Source of the DNA: Catajapyx aquilonaris
Lineage: Eukaryota
Length of the DNA: 63,978 nt
Direction: 5' to 3'
Assembly: GCA_000934665.2 (NCBI GenBank)
Contig: KZ538488.1
Location: 1-63,978 of the forward strand
Positions 60,697-63,978 of the stretch are shown here, in pieces (the stretch's first letter is position 1; the number at the start of each line of letters is the position of its first letter). A program made the position numbers and the translations under genes. The notes below the pieces were generated by a model that saw nothing but the letters and a program-made list of their open reading frames with translations, did not search any database and was not told where the DNA came from.

Positions 60697-63600
60697 TGGG
60701 TACACTTATTTCGGAAGTGTTATTTATCACGTGCTATTGTGATTTTTTTGTCTTAGCCTTGTTTTATTACGAGTTGTACCGGCCAAGTAAGTGTGAACAC
60801 AAGAGAAAATCTCCAATTTTGTGTAATATTCCTAATCATGATGGCATCGTTTTCCTCAATTTGGCCCAAAACATATGACAAATTTCAATGTGTTCTCTAT
60901 ATAGCCTACGCATTGTTGTAACTTCACAAGCACATGTGCTTATTGAGCATCCCTGCAAATGAGGACTTGAAATACCTCACCTGCACTTAGCATATTGTGT
61001 TGCACGCTGTGACAAGAGATTGCTCATTTACTTGACCTCGAATTAGAACGTTTGACCCCGGTCGGACAATCTCATGACCCGAGTGACATTACAACCTTAG
61101 AATACAAAGTGCCAGCAGTTCAGTTTCGACAAAGGATGTTGATGTGCTTCTCCGATGGGTAACTTTCATAGTGAATCACTATAGGTCAGTTCCGCGTAAG
61201 AAAAATGGCCAAAATTAATCGGGTAGTCACATCAGCCTGTGGACTACTATTGCCAAACATATTATTTTCCCTTCAGATGTGTATAGGTATATTCGTTATG
61301 AAGAATCGTTATAATATTTTTGTATGTCACTGTCTTTGCTACATTGTGTCCCATCAGCAGTGAATCTGAGCATTATGGTAAGCTTATAAAACTTATTATT
61401 TTGTCAATTCTCCTTTAGTGCTTTTCGCGAGGCAGTCGTGCATTTATGTAAAGCCATTATTTAAATGTCATTTATTTGGTAATGCCAGATCCCTGTTTCG
61501 CAATTGAAGAGGCTTGAGCGGCGTGGTAAATAAACTGCGTGCGTCTGTTATGCAAAGTAGCCATAGGCGGACAGTGGTGCCGTATAATTCGACTCAGGGG
61601 GGGTTTCGAGCTTTATGTGGAACAATAACCTTATAAGGACTTTTGTTGTCTGTCTTTCACTTTCCCAGAGAGAACGGTTGACTATAGCATCAGCAAGAAA
61701 ATATGATTGATAATATGGACTGGTTTTCTTGACAGAAGATGTGACAATTATTTTTTCCGCCTAATGGTGAGATTGTGCGCACTACCTGGAAAAATATCAA
61801 GGTGGAGTGTCTATATTTGGAATTGTGTTTGTGCCCTGGCGCTAAAATTACGGGAAAGGTGTAAACTGCCGAAATGAGGTGGACTCAGAAATCGAACGTA
61901 ACTTTTGCGACGTTATTTTTCGAAAGGCTGTAATTTCATGCTGAGACGTAAAAGATAATCAATGTGACCTGTTGCGTCTCCGGAGCGGATAATGTATTAT
62001 CCGCATAATTAGGAATTGGAAATCTATAGATTTCCTATTCCTAATTATGTGGATTGAATAACTTGCGTCACGAGCAGTGGTCGCGGCCCAGGCACCCGCT
62101 TCGTTTCGAAATCATGACTAGTTCTATAAGTATATAACCCAACTGTAGTTGTAGTTACGGTACATTGTGTTGCAGGTGTACGAACAACTTGCCTTTCCGA
62201 CGGATTTAAGACAATGCAATTTTTATTTCTATAGTATGCATTCAAGTATTTATTTATTTTATAAATAATTCCAAGAATACCACAGACTCCCAATACATAG
62301 ATTCCATTCGGTATTCAGCATCTTACCACTCGAATGCCAGATACCCAGGGATTCTGCATCTAATTAGAAGGTAATCCCTGGGGTACAGTATACGAACGTC
62401 CAATATTACACTTAATTCAGGTCGTGTATTACGAAATTAAAGGGCAAGTGGCCATCAACCACCGTACAGGCTCGTCAAAATTCGCGACGGCATATCTGAA
62501 AGTAAAATGTCGGACTAGACACTCGACATTCGCAGAGTCCTTTGTGATGTGCCCTGATAGTGAGAAGGACAGCACCCTCTTTCAAGGTTTCGATGTCTCT
62601 ACCGGACCTGCCCAGTTAGGACTGGTGCTGAACGATCTCGGATGGACATGCTTACATTAGCTAGTTCCCACATTAGGGGATCAGACAACCTCCAGCCACA
62701 GGTCGTTCCAGGGCTAGAAATAATCTCTGATGGAGTCTGCATTGAGATTAGTTGGAATATATAGTGAATAGTTTTCGCTGCATTTTGATGATTGTGAATG
62801 CGGATCAGTTAGATGAATAATAGTGTGCGTTTTATTGGTCTATTTTTCGGAGTGCACTCAGAATATACGTCGGATATGTGCGGCTGGTTGGAATTGGAAA
62901 GTGAAAATTTGGGCCTACATCACATTATCAAAATTTAGTTACGTGCGATGGAAACCTTAGCTATTTTTGGATCGATGGCAGTAAGCTCTCTAGTATTATT
63001 GTTGTCATCGACTTGCATTAGTACCGGTACGTGTACGTTTCATATATGAACTGACGGCTGTGGTTTATAGGATATTCTGACTGCATTTGCCTGGCATGTC
63101 GAAAGGAAACGAGAGAGCACGAATTTGCCATTGTTGGCTATTGCTCGTAAGTGAATTAGTAACGACAAAGTTAGACAAATACTGCAGTTTGAATTGCGCT
63201 GTTCTACTGAACTGTACGGATACGTGAGTTTCCTTGCCGTTGGTTCGCGTCTTCTTCTCTCCAGATGGGCCGAGTTCGTTCCAGCGATGTTGTTTTTGTT
63301 GCGAAATGGATTTTTTTCCCCGGTTATAGTCCTATGACTGAAACTTATCATTTCGTTAGTTTTCCGGTTTCATTTGGGACGGGAGTGTCCCAGATGTAAA
63401 GTCAGGCTGAGTGCGCGACTTTGCCCTCTGAGGGGGCTGAAAAGTCAATTCCGCGTCACCTGATATCTAGAGAAAATTTGCTCATTTCATTCCAAAGGCT
63501 TATAGATTGGAACCTAGAATCGTCGAAAATCCAGGTCACACAAAATGACTTTGCGTCAAACTTATCCGCAACTGTGTCTTCTATCCTACAGCAAATGTTG

Positions 63601-63978
63601 TGCGCAGCGATTATTTATTGCTGCCGGTGGCCATGAGTAACTTGTATTGCTCTGGAGAGAAAATATAGGCTATCTAGAGTATTTAGTTCTACTGTATTGA
63701 AATACCGAAGCTGTTTTCATTCCAGATGACCTTTGTGGTAATTTTAATTAATATGAGAAATTTGGATGCCACGGACAATATAAATAAGAAAAGTTTAATG
63801 TGCTATATGCTGGATTGTGAGTATGTGATGTAATAAATGATAATTTTGCTTCAAATGGTTTTATGCCTCCATCACGGGAACTGTTTACAGCATAATTTTA
63901 ATATGATAATCATCCAGATTGGCTAAAAATATTCCTCTCTCCCTGGTTGTACATGTACTTTTCATATTTCCGGGGGGG

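Noticed and set aside
56489..60705. Poly-Tyr and (SL)n ORFs
   Set aside because: Translations of (TAT)n and (AG)n microsatellites

Overview
Eukaryotic invertebrate genomic DNA, most likely arthropod (inferred from the rickets-type receptor tail). All gene models were spliced by hand and family calls rest on recalled motifs, not database searches. Plus strand: a complete 17-coding-exon type-B LRR-containing GPCR, the bursicon receptor rickets/LGR2 (6797..43947, 4143 nt CDS, 1380 aa). It has a 24.6 kb first intron, phase-2 LRR exons and a ~500 aa cytoplasmic tail. Minus strand, convergent with it and largely missed by the ORF track: BORCS8 (BORC subunit 8; 50532..48904, with a GC-AG intron). 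Directly downstream lie exons ending in the RAD51AP1-type RAD51-interacting motif RLGLSRNARVKPLHP (45990..45160). These exons have no start codon of their own but can be spliced in frame to BORCS8 exons, which suggests a fused or shared-exon BORCS8/RAD51AP1-like locus; this is the most interesting signal in the window. Also present are a 33-bp minisatellite of CCAAT+CRE units in receptor intron 1, several non-autonomous DNA transposons (two form long intronic hairpins), uORFs, microsatellites and an apparent CpG-depleted domain over the minus-strand locus. No rRNA, tRNA or CRISPR was seen, and no gene was confidently identified in 55-64 kb.
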